Shown here: in pieces, positions 55,091 through 64,000 of the stretch
How the letters are laid out: every line of letters starts with the position of its first letter
Numbering within the stretch: position 1 is the stretch's first letter
From: an uncultured delta proteobacterium
GTDB taxonomy: Bacteria > Myxococcota_A > Polyangia > Fen-1088
Reading direction: 5' to 3'
NCBI GenBank assembly: GCA_963796685.1
Contig: CAWCMR010000015.1
Span: 352,001 to 416,000 of the forward strand
DNA length: 64,000 nucleotides
Made by a program: the position numbers and the translations under genes
The notes under the pieces: model-generated
The model's database searches: none
The model's input: only the letters and a program-made list of their open reading frames with translations
What the model was told of the DNA's origin: nothing

Positions 55091-55654
55091 ATGCGGGTCA
55101 CAGCCGGTGCCGAACGCGGGCGCAAGCTTAGGGCGCCTCGGGGTGCCACAACCCGGCCCACCGGGGCAAAAGTGCGCGAGGCCATCTTCAACATTCTGGG
55201 GCCGCTGTCGCCGAATCCCGTGCTCGACCTGTTCGCCGGTACAGGGGCCCTGGGGATCGAGGCCTTGTCGCGTGGCGCCAGCCGGGCCACGTTCATCGAG
55301 CGCGATCAACGGGCCCTTGCCGCGCTTCATCGCAACCTACGCGAGTTCAACCTGGCCGAGCGGGCCCGCGTGCTGGACAGCAGGGTGGCTGCCGCCCTGC
55401 AACGTCTGTCGGATGAAAAGGGCGACAAGTTCAGTTGGGTCTTCGTGGATCCGCCCTATGCCGCGGGTGAGGTCGAGCCCGTGCTTGCCTTGCTCGCTGG
55501 CGGCAAGGTCTTGGACAACGGCGCCGTGGTTATCGTGGAGCACGACCGGCACCATCTGCCACCGGAGAGGGTCGGCGCCCTCGAAATGGTCGATCGTCGA
55601 TTCTACGGCGACACCGGCGTCTCGTTCTATCGCTGTCAGTGGGAGCTCGCCTAG
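55091..55654 (+). CDS. rsmD: 16S rRNA m2G966 methyltransferase
   Basis: TRPT, REAIFN, LDLFAGTG, DPPY. Confidence 0.95.
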   Translation: MRVTAGAERGRKLRAPRGATTRPTGAKVREAIFNILGPLSPNPVLDLFAGTGALGIEALSRGASRATFIERDQRALAALHRNLREFNLAERARVLDSRVAAALQRLSDEKGDKFSWVFVDPPYAAGEVEPVLALLAGGKVLDNGAVVIVEHDRHHLPPERVGALEMVDRRFYGDTGVSFYRCQWELA

Positions 55655-56154
55655 TGCCGGCCCGCAGACGCCTGGTCGCCATCTACCCAGGGACCTTCGA
55701 CCCCATCACCAATGGACACTGGGACATCATGCGCCGGGCGCTCGGCCTGTTCGATCAGGTCGTCGTGGCCCTGGCCGTGAACGTCAACAAGCGGCCGCTC
55801 TTTCCCTTGGCCACTCGCACGCGCATGATTCGCGACGTCGTGGGCGGCAACGATCGCGTGAAGGTGGAGGCGTTCCATGGTCTGTTGGTGGACTTCGCCC
55901 GCGCGCGTGGCGCCCGGTTCTTGATTCGAGGTCTACGCGCGGTGGCCGATTTCGAATACGAGTTTCAGTTCGCGCACATGAACCGCCAGCTGGCCCCGGA
56001 CATCGAGACCATCTTCCTGCCCACCAACGAGGAGAATTTCTACGTCTCCTCTTCGCTGGTCAGAGAGGTCGGGACGATGGGAGGCGACGTCTCGCGATTG
56101 GTGCCCAAGGCCATCATGCCGACGTTAAAGAAGAAGTTTAGAAAGATTCCATAA
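55654..56154 (+). CDS. coaD: Phosphopantetheine adenylyltransferase
   Basis: YPGTFDPITNGH, IRGLRAVADFEYE, VSSSLVRE. Confidence 0.97.
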   Translation: MPARRRLVAIYPGTFDPITNGHWDIMRRALGLFDQVVVALAVNVNKRPLFPLATRTRMIRDVVGGNDRVKVEAFHGLLVDFARARGARFLIRGLRAVADFEYEFQFAHMNRQLAPDIETIFLPTNEENFYVSSSLVREVGTMGGDVSRLVPKAIMPTLKKKFRKIP

Positions 56155-56155
56155 T

Positions 56156-57358
56156 ATGCCGCCTAGACTAGCGAATCGTCTGTCATCCGTGTCGCCGTCG
56201 ATGACCATGAAGGTGACCGCGAGGGCGGCCGAGCTGCGCGCCCAAGGCATCGACGTCATCAGCTTTGGCGCGGGCGAGCTGGACTTCGACACGCCAAGCT
56301 ACATCAAAGAGGCGGCCAAGAAAGCCCTGGATAGGGGGGCCACCAAGTACACCGCGGTAGAGGGTACGCCCGAGCTGCGCAAGGCGGTGGCCGGCTGGTT
56401 CGCCAAGGCGCACGGTTTCGAGGTGTCCGCTGGCGAGGTCATGGTCAGCGCTGGCGCCAAGCAGGTCATCCACAACGCCTTTCACACGCTCCTCGATGCG
56501 GGCGACGAGGTCATCCTGCCCGCCCCGTGCTGGGTCAGCTACGCCGAGATCGCCAAGCTGGCTGGCGCCACGCCGGTGCCGGTTCTGTCCCGCGCCGAAG
56601 ACGATTTCGCGGTGGATCCCGACGCCATCGCGCGGGCCATCACGCCTGCCACGCGCGTAATCGTGCTTTGCTCGCCTTCCAACCCGACCGGCGCCGTCTA
56701 CGACGAGGGCAGCCTGCGCGCCATCGCCAACCTGGCAATCGAGCACGACCTTTGGCTTTTGACCGACGACATCTACCGCAGCCTCTGCTACGGCGGCGCC
56801 CGCTGCGTGCAACCGGCCACCTTCAGCCCGGCGATTCGCAAGCGCACCGTCATCGTGGATGGCGTATCCAAGACTTTCGCCATGACCGGGTGGCGTATCG
56901 GGTTTTGCCTTGCCCCACCTGCGGTCATCGAGGGCATGGCCACGCTGCAAGGGCAATCGACGACCAACGCGGCCGCGGTCAGCCAGGCGGCGGCGCTGGC
57001 CGCCATCGTGGGCCCCGGCACCGAGATCGAGGCCATGCGCCAGGAGCTCGACAAGCGGCGCAAGTGCATGTTGTCGGCTCTGCGGGCCATGCCCGGCATC
57101 GCCTGCACCGAGCCCAAGGGCGCCTTCTATGCGTTCCCCGACGTCTCGGCGTTTCTGGGCAGGCGCACCAAGCAGGGCCGCCCCGTCGAGGACGATCTGG
57201 CTTTGTGCCAGTACCTCATCGAGGAAGCCAGGATCGCGGTCGTTCCCGGCTCGGCCTTCTTCGCGCCAGGGTTCATTCGCCTTTCCTTTGCCACGGCCCA
57301 GGTCAACATCGAGACGGGCCTGGCGCGCATGGCGCAAGCGCTGTCCGCGCTGGAATAG
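56156..57358 (+). CDS. PLP-dependent aminotransferase class I/II (aspartate aminotransferase-like)
   Basis: SPSNPTG, DDIY, GVSKTFAMTGWRIG, GAFY. Confidence 0.93.
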   Translation: MPPRLANRLSSVSPSMTMKVTARAAELRAQGIDVISFGAGELDFDTPSYIKEAAKKALDRGATKYTAVEGTPELRKAVAGWFAKAHGFEVSAGEVMVSAGAKQVIHNAFHTLLDAGDEVILPAPCWVSYAEIAKLAGATPVPVLSRAEDDFAVDPDAIARAITPATRVIVLCSPSNPTGAVYDEGSLRAIANLAIEHDLWLLTDDIYRSLCYGGARCVQPATFSPAIRKRTVIVDGVSKTFAMTGWRIGFCLAPPAVIEGMATLQGQSTTNAAAVSQAAALAAIVGPGTEIEAMRQELDKRRKCMLSALRAMPGIACTEPKGAFYAFPDVSAFLGRRTKQGRPVEDDLALCQYLIEEARIAVVPGSAFFAPGFIRLSFATAQVNIETGLARMAQALSALE

Positions 57359-57386
57359 GGAGACGTTCGCGAACCGCCGACCGCAC

Positions 57387-58775
57387 CTACTGGCTCGACG
57401 TCATCGCGGTGCGCTTGCGCCGCAGCTTCTCGACCAGCGTGGTGCGGTTGAGGCCCAGAAGCTCGGCCGCGCGGTTCTTGTTCCCCCCCGTGCGCTCCAG
57501 AGCCTCCGCGATCATGCGATCCTCGACCGATTCCAGAATCGATCGAAGGTCGGTTCCGTCGCTGGGCAGGTCGGGCATGGGCGTGAGCGGGGTGACGCGA
57601 CCGTGCGAAGCCTGGCGCAGGTTGGGCGGCAAATCCGTCAGTCCGATGGCTCCTGATCCCTTCAGAATGACCAGGCGTTCGATCAGGTTCTCGAGCTCGC
57701 GAATATTGCCCGGCCAGGGATAGCGCTTGAGCGCGGCCAAGGCTTCCGGTTGCAAGCCGAGAACGCTGCGTCGATTCTTCTCGTTGAAGCGGCGAATGAA
57801 GTATTCGCACAAGAGGGGAATGTCGCTGGCGCGATGGCGCAGCGGCGGAACCTCGATGGGGATGACGTTCAGGCGCCAGAAGAGATCGGCGCGAAACCGG
57901 CCCGAGGCCACGTCGGAATCGAGCTTGCGATTGGTCGCCGCCAGGATGCGGACGTCTATCCTCTGATCGATTTCGTCGCCCACGGGGCGCAAGACGCCGT
58001 CCTGGATCAGTCGCAGCAGCTTGGCCTGCACCGCCAGCTCCATCTCGCCGATTTCGTCGAGCAGGATGGTGCCGCCGTCGGCTTCGGCGAATCGCCCCAC
58101 GCGCGAAGAGGTGGCGCCCGTGAATGCGCCACGCGAGTGGCCGAACAGCTCGGATTCGACGAGGTTGACCGGGATGGCGGCGCAGTTGACGGCCACGAAC
58201 GGTTTCTTGGCACGGGAAGACCCCGCGACCAGGGAGCGCGCGACCAGCTCTTTTCCGGTCCCCGAATCGCCGGTGATGAGCACGGTGCAGTTGGTGTCCG
58301 CCACCTGCGCGAGCAACGAGAGCACGCTGACCATGGCCGGGTCGCTGCCCAGCAGCCAGGGCGCGTGTCGGTCACGCCACGCGATGGGGTCGGGACCGGA
58401 TGACGGGATCAGGGTGTTCGAGAACCCGAGAGCGCTGGCCAGGACCTCTTCCAGGCTGCGCAGCTCGACCGGTTTGACCAGAAAATCGCGTGCGCCGGCG
58501 CGCATCGCGCGAACTGCGTCGGTGACTTCTGCGCTGCCACTCATCACGATGACGGGGGTCATCGGAGATCTCAGCCGAACCGCGTCCAGAATACCGAAAC
58601 CATCCACGCCGGGCATGCGCAGATCGGTCACGACGGCGTCGAAGTTCTCACGCTCGAGTCGTTCGAGCCCGCCGGGACCATCCGCGGTAACCACCTCGTA
58701 CGAGACGGTACGGAGAAGTCGCGCCATTCCTCGGCACAGAGCTTCTTCGTCGTCACAGAGCAAAACCTTCGCCAT
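57387..58775 (-). CDS. Sigma-54-dependent response regulator
   Basis: GDSGTGKE, GAFTGA, WPGNIRELEN, NRTTLVEKL. Confidence 0.96.
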   Translation of the reverse strand: MAKVLLCDDEEALCRGMARLLRTVSYEVVTADGPGGLERLERENFDAVVTDLRMPGVDGFGILDAVRLRSPMTPVIVMSGSAEVTDAVRAMRAGARDFLVKPVELRSLEEVLASALGFSNTLIPSSGPDPIAWRDRHAPWLLGSDPAMVSVLSLLAQVADTNCTVLITGDSGTGKELVARSLVAGSSRAKKPFVAVNCAAIPVNLVESELFGHSRGAFTGATSSRVGRFAEADGGTILLDEIGEMELAVQAKLLRLIQDGVLRPVGDEIDQRIDVRILAATNRKLDSDVASGRFRADLFWRLNVIPIEVPPLRHRASDIPLLCEYFIRRFNEKNRRSVLGLQPEALAALKRYPWPGNIRELENLIERLVILKGSGAIGLTDLPPNLRQASHGRVTPLTPMPDLPSDGTDLRSILESVEDRMIAEALERTGGNKNRAAELLGLNRTTLVEKLRRKRTAMTSSQ

Positions 58776-59092
58776 ACAGATAGCCTCGAAGCGGCATTAC
58801 ATTCTACACGCTGACTCAACCAGAGGTACAGACAGCTTGTAGAGCTCACGCCGGAAACCGACGTAGTGTGACGTATCGGGGAGTGCAGGTCAACAAACTC
58901 GGACGCCCTTTTGTCGATAGTCGCGCGTGCCTTCTGGCTCTCGCGCCCGGCGTCTTGTTCGATTCCTTGCCGGATGTCTTGCGTCTCACCTGTCTCGACA
59001 TCCCGTATCACGCTCTTGTATCGCGCATGGGGATCCACGGTCGCCCTCTCGTATCACTTGCCTGCGACTTCCTGCGTGCGTATACCCCGTGC

Positions 59093-60919
59093 ATGGCGGA
59101 TCCCGTACGCACGCTCTTGCTCGAGATCGAGGAACAGTGTGAGCAAACACCCGGCTGCGAGCTGGCCAAGGCGCAGGGGGGCGAGTCTCGACTTGGCAAG
59201 TTGAGGACGCTCTTTTCTGGCGCAGTCTCCCCCGGATACGCAGCCTTCGCCGATCGCTACGACGGGGGAAAGCTGGCGCGCCCGAGCCCGGCGCTCGGCG
59301 AGCCTTCGCAGGAAGGCTCCTCGAAGGAGGCTTCCTGCGAATCCTCGGAACCATCGCCGGACGAAGGCGTGTACCTGCACCTCCTCGGATTCGAGGAGTC
59401 TCAGCGTATCTTGCGCGAGGCCGCACACCCTCAAGACTGGAAGGGGCTGTGGCCGGTGGCACGGCGTGGATTGCGTATCTTTGCGCTCGACTTCGAGGCC
59501 AGTCCCGACGGAGAGCAGCCGGTGGTGGAAGTGGGCGACCGCAGCGTGGACCGAGTGGGCAGCAGCTTTCTGCGCTTCCTATCGGCGTGCCTGGGAGAGA
59601 TCGCGCTCGGTGAAAACGCCGAAGCGCAAGTCCTGGCGCGCGAGCTGTGCCGCAGGGATCCCGGGCTGGCGGAACACTGGGTGCACCTCATCGACTTTCT
59701 CGAGGACGCCGGGCACAAGAGCGAGATCGACACGGTCCTCGACGAAGCCCTCCGCTGCGCCAGCCCGCCGGGGCCAGCCCTGGTCATCCAAGTAGCCTTG
59801 CGCGCCCTCGACAAGGGCGAGACCGGCCGAGCGCTGGCCGCCATCGAGGACGCGCTTGGGCTGGAGCCGCTCACGGCACGTGACGACGATGCTCGCTTGG
59901 ACGCAGCCGCGATCCTGCTGGTGCTGGCGAACCAACGTGGCGACAGCAAGGGCAAGCAGCGTGCCTTGGAGGCGCTGGGAGGCGCCGCCGCATCGACAGG
60001 GGCCTATTGGCGCGGCGAGGCCTTGCGCGCCCACGTCCTTGGCGATCTACCTCGGGCGAAGCTCGCGGGACAGGTTGTCGGGGTCCTGATCGAGGGTGAC
60101 GAGGATTTGCCACGTCTGGCGCAGCCCAATCCCAACCTTACGTCCGCCTTGCGTGCGCTGCTCAAGGCCCGCGATGCGCTGGAACAAGGCGAGCTCGACG
60201 AAGCCGTCCGCCAGGCCCGCATCGCGGTGGGCGAGCGGCCGGATCTCGGCGTATGCCAGGCGGTGCTCGCCGAAACCCTCAATGCTACGAGAGACCGCGG
60301 CGCGCTCGACGCCGCCCGGCGCGCAACCGAGCTGAACCCCGCGCTGGTCGACGGCTGGCGCGAGCTGGGCGATGCATACATGGAAGCACGCCAGGCCGGC
60401 AAGGCCGAGGCCGCTTATCGCGAGGCGCTGGCGCGCGACGAGAGCTATGCCCTGGCGCGGGCCAAGTTGGCGCAAGCGCTCCTCGAACAGGGGCGATCGC
60501 GCGAGGCCCTGGAGATGGCGCTGGCGGCGGAAGATCGGGGAGGGGATGCGTTCATGGTCGCCGCCATTCGCGGCGACATCCTGGCCGAAATGAGCCGCCA
60601 TGACGAAGCCGCGGAATCCTACGATCGGGCGTTGCACATGGAGCCGGAGGACCACTGGATTCTTCATCAGGCCGCCATCGCCCACAGCCGCGCCGGCAAC
60701 GACGACCGCGCCGCCGACCTATTCGAACAGGCGCTGCGCTACGACCACGATGGCTGCCACCAGACTCTCGTCGACTACGGCGATCTCTTGCGCCGGGTGG
60801 GCCGCATCGGCGACGCGGTCCGCATGTACCGCAAGGCCGTGGCCGCCGTGCCGAACGATCCTGACTGGCGGCGCGTGCTGCGCGAAGCCGAGCGCGAGCT
60901 CATGGCCGCGCCGAACTGA
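59093..60919 (+). CDS. TPR-repeat protein with an SMI1/KNR4-like N-terminus
   Basis: VSPGYAAFADRYDGG, FALD...GEQPVV, SSFLRFL; several TPRs at the C-terminus. Confidence 0.75.
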   Translation: MADPVRTLLLEIEEQCEQTPGCELAKAQGGESRLGKLRTLFSGAVSPGYAAFADRYDGGKLARPSPALGEPSQEGSSKEASCESSEPSPDEGVYLHLLGFEESQRILREAAHPQDWKGLWPVARRGLRIFALDFEASPDGEQPVVEVGDRSVDRVGSSFLRFLSACLGEIALGENAEAQVLARELCRRDPGLAEHWVHLIDFLEDAGHKSEIDTVLDEALRCASPPGPALVIQVALRALDKGETGRALAAIEDALGLEPLTARDDDARLDAAAILLVLANQRGDSKGKQRALEALGGAAASTGAYWRGEALRAHVLGDLPRAKLAGQVVGVLIEGDEDLPRLAQPNPNLTSALRALLKARDALEQGELDEAVRQARIAVGERPDLGVCQAVLAETLNATRDRGALDAARRATELNPALVDGWRELGDAYMEARQAGKAEAAYREALARDESYALARAKLAQALLEQGRSREALEMALAAEDRGGDAFMVAAIRGDILAEMSRHDEAAESYDRALHMEPEDHWILHQAAIAHSRAGNDDRAADLFEQALRYDHDGCHQTLVDYGDLLRRVGRIGDAVRMYRKAVAAVPNDPDWRRVLREAERELMAAPN

Positions 60920-61063
60920 CACGGGTGTCTCTGGATCTTTCCAAACCCGCCGGGAACGTGCTATCCCTGTCTCCTTCCTGCCCGAATGCGTACACTACGA
61001 GAACCAGGCAGGAAGACACTGCAGTAGAACGACTAGCCTAAATCAGCGTCCGGTATACGTTTC

Positions 61064-61104
61064 GCGCGAGTAGCTCAGCTGGTAGAGCATCGGCTTCCCA
61101 AGCC
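61064..61104 (+). pseudogene. 5' half of tRNA-Gly(CCC); probable att junction
   Basis: GCGCGAGTAGCTCAGCTGGTAGAGCATCGGCTTCCCAAGCC, then no T-arm or 3' acceptor strand. Confidence 0.88.
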
Positions 61105-61179
61105 TCGCAACGCTGCGCAGCGCTGACCAACGGTGAGCAGAGAACCGCAGGCACCAAGCGGACTTACAAGAGAATCACG

Positions 61180-61216
61180 ACCGGGTGCGTGCTCACGGGT
61201 GCGCACCCGGTTTTTC
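61180..61216 (+). terminator. Putative intrinsic terminator
   Basis: ACCGGGTGCG...CGCACCCGGT followed by TTTT. Confidence 0.5.
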
Positions 61217-61272
61217 ATGAATGAGCACCCAAACGGCAACGAATGACGTCAAGGTGGTGACACGAGGGCCGC

Positions 61273-61758
61273 CTACTTGGAGGCGTCCCTAATTGGCTCG
61301 TCGACGACGATGAGCGAGCACTCTGCTTTTCCGCAGACGTTCGCCAGGTCGCCGCCGGCGAACTGAAACGCGATCTGGACATTGGAGGCATAGGGCGCCA
61401 ACTCCTGGCAAGCCGCGAGCGACGCGGCCGACTTCTGTGTTTCGCGATTCAAGGCGTTCGCGTGGATACAGATCACCCCACCGCGGTGGGAGGCGTTGGT
61501 AAGCCAGACGTGGCCTGTGGCCGTGGTGCGGTTGAGGGAGCTCATGAAGGGCCCGACTGACTCAATGGAAATCACGGCCGGGTTCTTGGGTCTCAGGGCC
61601 TCTTCCAACTTCGCTTGAGTCTGGCGCAACGACTCATGCAGGCCGGCGTCCTCGCGGCGCTGATTTGCGTACGACAGGGGTACGCCAACGAGGAGCAACG
61701 AAATCGAAAACCACAGAACAAGCCTTCCCAGTTTCTCGAGACGATCGATCCACGGCAT
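61273..61758 (-). CDS. Hypothetical protein with an N-terminal TM segment
   Basis: GGAGG RBS; hydrophobic segment, short coiled coil, four Cys. Confidence 0.7.
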   Translation of the reverse strand: MPWIDRLEKLGRLVLWFSISLLLVGVPLSYANQRREDAGLHESLRQTQAKLEEALRPKNPAVISIESVGPFMSSLNRTTATGHVWLTNASHRGGVICIHANALNRETQKSAASLAACQELAPYASNVQIAFQFAGGDLANVCGKAECSLIVVDEPIRDASK

Positions 61759-61884
61759 CTTGAGGGGCCTCCCTTCGGAGAGGGTAAGCGCGGCCTACAG
61801 ATGAAACCCGCGTTTGGTCGCTCACGATTGTCGACCCAGTTCTTCACCGTGTCAAACGGGTCCCTTCTGCCTCAAGCGCAGCGA

Positions 61885-62448
61885 CTACTGCGTCCCGGAT
61901 TTTAGGCTCCGCCGTTCGACGTCGCGGCTCAGCGGTGGTAGCTGGACTGCTTTCCTGATCACGTCGCCAGCCTGGTAGATCTTGTCCCAATAGCCCGAAA
62001 GGTCCCTGCCCGTACTGCGAAGCTCTCTGACGGAGGCCGCCGCGTGTAGAGCCTCGCGGAAGGCGCTCCCGGCCTCTTCCGAGAGATAGAGACAGTGCTT
62101 GTCCCACCAGGTATCGCACCGCTGGATGAAAACGAACCCGTCATCTTTTGTGGCCTCGCTCGAGAGCTGCCGCCAAAGGAAATACGCCGTCTGGTGCGCC
62201 TGAAGGCGCCTGTCCAGCGCGGCCATGCTGAGCTGGTGACGTCTCTGCACAGCCTCTCGGATCAAGGTCTTCTCGTGTATCAGCGTGTGGAGATTTTCAG
62301 CGTACTCTGCGCGAACCTCCTCGACCTTGCGGGTGATCTCGGCGGTGTCCTCCTTGGTCGCGAGATTCTCGCCCTTCTTCCTGAGATACGACCTGAAGTA
62401 GAGAGCGGCGAGAACAACAACGATCGTCAAGATGTAGTTGGCTACCAT
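61885..62448 (-). CDS. Hypothetical TM plus coiled-coil protein
   Basis: GGAG RBS; N-terminal TM then YLRKKGENLATKED. Confidence 0.75.
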   Translation of the reverse strand: MVANYILTIVVVLAALYFRSYLRKKGENLATKEDTAEITRKVEEVRAEYAENLHTLIHEKTLIREAVQRRHQLSMAALDRRLQAHQTAYFLWRQLSSEATKDDGFVFIQRCDTWWDKHCLYLSEEAGSAFREALHAAASVRELRSTGRDLSGYWDKIYQAGDVIRKAVQLPPLSRDVERRSLKSGTQ

Positions 62449-62602
62449 TGCGAAAGATTCTCTCCCCGGCCGACAAGACCGTCAAACGCGGCGCGAACCG
62501 CAATAGGCTCGCGCCCGAGGCCGGGGCGCGAGAGCTTGGCTGTTCTGGCTCTGGCACTCCGCGGGGTGCGCGAACGGGGGCCCGCAGGCCCGAAAGCGGC
62601 AT

Positions 62603-63184
62603 CTAGGCGCAGTCGCGCATCTCGCCTCTCTGAAGCATGGTTTTCTTCATCGCGGCCAGGTTGGGGAGCGCGAGCCCCTGCGGCCGTTTCGTGGGAGGCT
62701 GGTGTCTCACTGCTTTGAAGACGGTTCCGAGTATCTCGCGCATCTGGTCTGGTTTGATGAGATCCGCCTCTACCAGCGAGCCCAGCGCGAACCCTCGGAG
62801 CATGTAATCGTACTCGGGTGAAATGTCTCGATCCCCTCGCTCCCAATCGGCCAGCGTCACGCGGTTTATTCCCATGTTGTGCGCTAGCTCTTCTTGGGTG
62901 GCATGCAGGCTGCGCCGGAGGTAACGCACTTCCGCACCGCCCAGGCGCCTCGGCTGCTTGGCGACCTGCGTGATCGTGTAGTTCATGACCATGTTCAGCA
63001 CAGCGCCGTCGATCGTTTCGCCTCCACACTTGGTGCACTTGAAGCCGTCGATGTCGCTGACCGTGACCTTCAGGCCGACGTAGTCCGAGAAATCGTAGAC
63101 ATCGAAATGCGCAGGGCGAAGCTCGCCCCCACAGTCGCAGATGATGACTCGGCTCGTTGCAGGCTTCTGTGGCTCGTTTTTCAT
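62603..63184 (-). CDS. MqsA-like antitoxin (zinc ribbon + XRE HTH)
   Basis: CDCGG...CTKCGGE; TQEELA..MGINRVTLADWERG; ATGA overlap with upstream gene. Confidence 0.88.
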   Translation of the reverse strand: MKNEPQKPATSRVIICDCGGELRPAHFDVYDFSDYVGLKVTVSDIDGFKCTKCGGETIDGAVLNMVMNYTITQVAKQPRRLGGAEVRYLRRSLHATQEELAHNMGINRVTLADWERGDRDISPEYDYMLRGFALGSLVEADLIKPDQMREILGTVFKAVRHQPPTKRPQGLALPNLAAMKKTMLQRGEMRDCA

Positions 63185-63507
63185 GGCATGTCCTTCGGTG
63201 GTAGCACCGTGCAAAGCATGAGTCTCTCTTCGCCTTCGGCGCCCTCAAAAGCTTCGATGCCGACGGCGATCTCTTTGTCTCCGTCGACGTTCCGCCCAAA
63301 GAAACGCCAACAGGTGCCACCGTTCTGCGGCATCGCGGCGTATGGCTCGACCCTCCGTGACCTGCCGATGACCGCGTCGACGTCGTTCGCTGTCACGCCA
63401 CGCTCGCGCAACCGCTGTCTGAAGTGGCCAGACATGTGGTACCGCCCATTTTCGATCGCTTCACGAACCCATCTCTTTGCATCAGCCACCTTCTCTGGGC
63501 CTGGCAT
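63181..63507 (-). CDS. DUF4258-like putative toxin
   Basis: MSGHFRQRLRERGVT..DV, C-terminal LCTV; coupled to the antitoxin. Confidence 0.78.
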   Translation of the reverse strand: MPGPEKVADAKRWVREAIENGRYHMSGHFRQRLRERGVTANDVDAVIGRSRRVEPYAAMPQNGGTCWRFFGRNVDGDKEIAVGIEAFEGAEGEERLMLCTVLPPKDMP

Positions 63508-63510
63508 TGT

Positions 63511-63549
63511 TTGTAGTTTAAGACTACAACAATCCCCTCGCACCGTCAA
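63511..63549 (-). promoter_or_regulatory. Sigma-70 promoter and operator of the TA pair
   Basis: TTGACG-N17-TAGTCT on the minus strand; TTGTAGT-N5-ACTACAA (63511-63529) overlaps the -10. Confidence 0.75.
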
Positions 63550-64000
63550 ACCTCGGTCTCGTAGGCCGGATCTCTACCCGCCCATTCTCCGACGGAGAAC
63601 ACCACGCGCCCCGCAAGCAGAGCCGCCAAGGCGCCGCCAAGGTACCGTCGACAACGCGCTTGACTCCGCCCCCTCTGGCCGCATCATGAAATCAGGGCAA
63701 GCGAGTCGGTTGATCCCCGGCGCGCGGGCCGTCCGGTGTCCGGCGGCCCTGCCCCAGCTTCTCCCAGGACACGGCCAAGGACACCATGCGAGCGGAAAAG
63801 ACGCAGGCAAAGCCAGCGGGCGCAGGCGAGACGATGGGACGACCTCGCACGAGGCGAGATGCCACCCAAGGCCGGAAGCCATGGCCACGCGGCGGGAAGT
63901 GGACCAGCGCGGACCTCACAGCGGCGTGCTGTCAGTTGCTGGAAGATTCCCTGCGCGTTTGCTTCGCCGACATTGAAGCCACGGCCTTGGAGCGGTTGCA

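Larger units (their letters stand above)
61105..64000. mobile_element. Left end of an element integrated at tRNA-Gly (prophage/ICE/island)
   Basis: Split tRNA followed by accessory genes and a TA pair; no integrase within the window. Confidence 0.7.

Noticed and set aside
58849-58862. Activator site upstream of the second sigma-54 regulator
   Set aside because: GCCGG-AAA-CCGAC has a 3-nt spacer and no clear partner site.
63574-64000. CDS at the window end
   Set aside because: No recognisable motifs, and the context is cut off.

Overview
High-GC bacterial chromosome segment, most consistent with Myxococcota (MYXO-CTERM protein, spore-coat-U/Csu pilus cluster, Ser/Thr kinase, FHA/TPR/HEAT proteins). 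It carries signalling genes, a chaperone-usher pilus operon, housekeeping genes (recG, sodB, punA, uvrA, birA, nadC, rsmD, coaD), rnpB, tRNA-Cys, tRNA-Ile2, and at the right end a split tRNA-Gly followed by an integrated element with a toxin-antitoxin pair. About 11 apparent frameshifts, including one in recG, suggest long-read indel errors. The most striking content is a set of palindromic repeats. (1) An IS110/IS621-like recombinase sits at a CT core inside a 251-263 bp tandem array; its bridge-RNA target and donor guides and its circle-junction promoter can be read from the sequence. (2) An 81-bp structured element is amplified six times in frame inside a sensor kinase and has also replaced the C-terminus of NadC. 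(3) Three putative sigma-54 promoters share paired GTCGG-N4-CCGAC sites. All calls come from reading the sequence by eye; no searches or folding were run.
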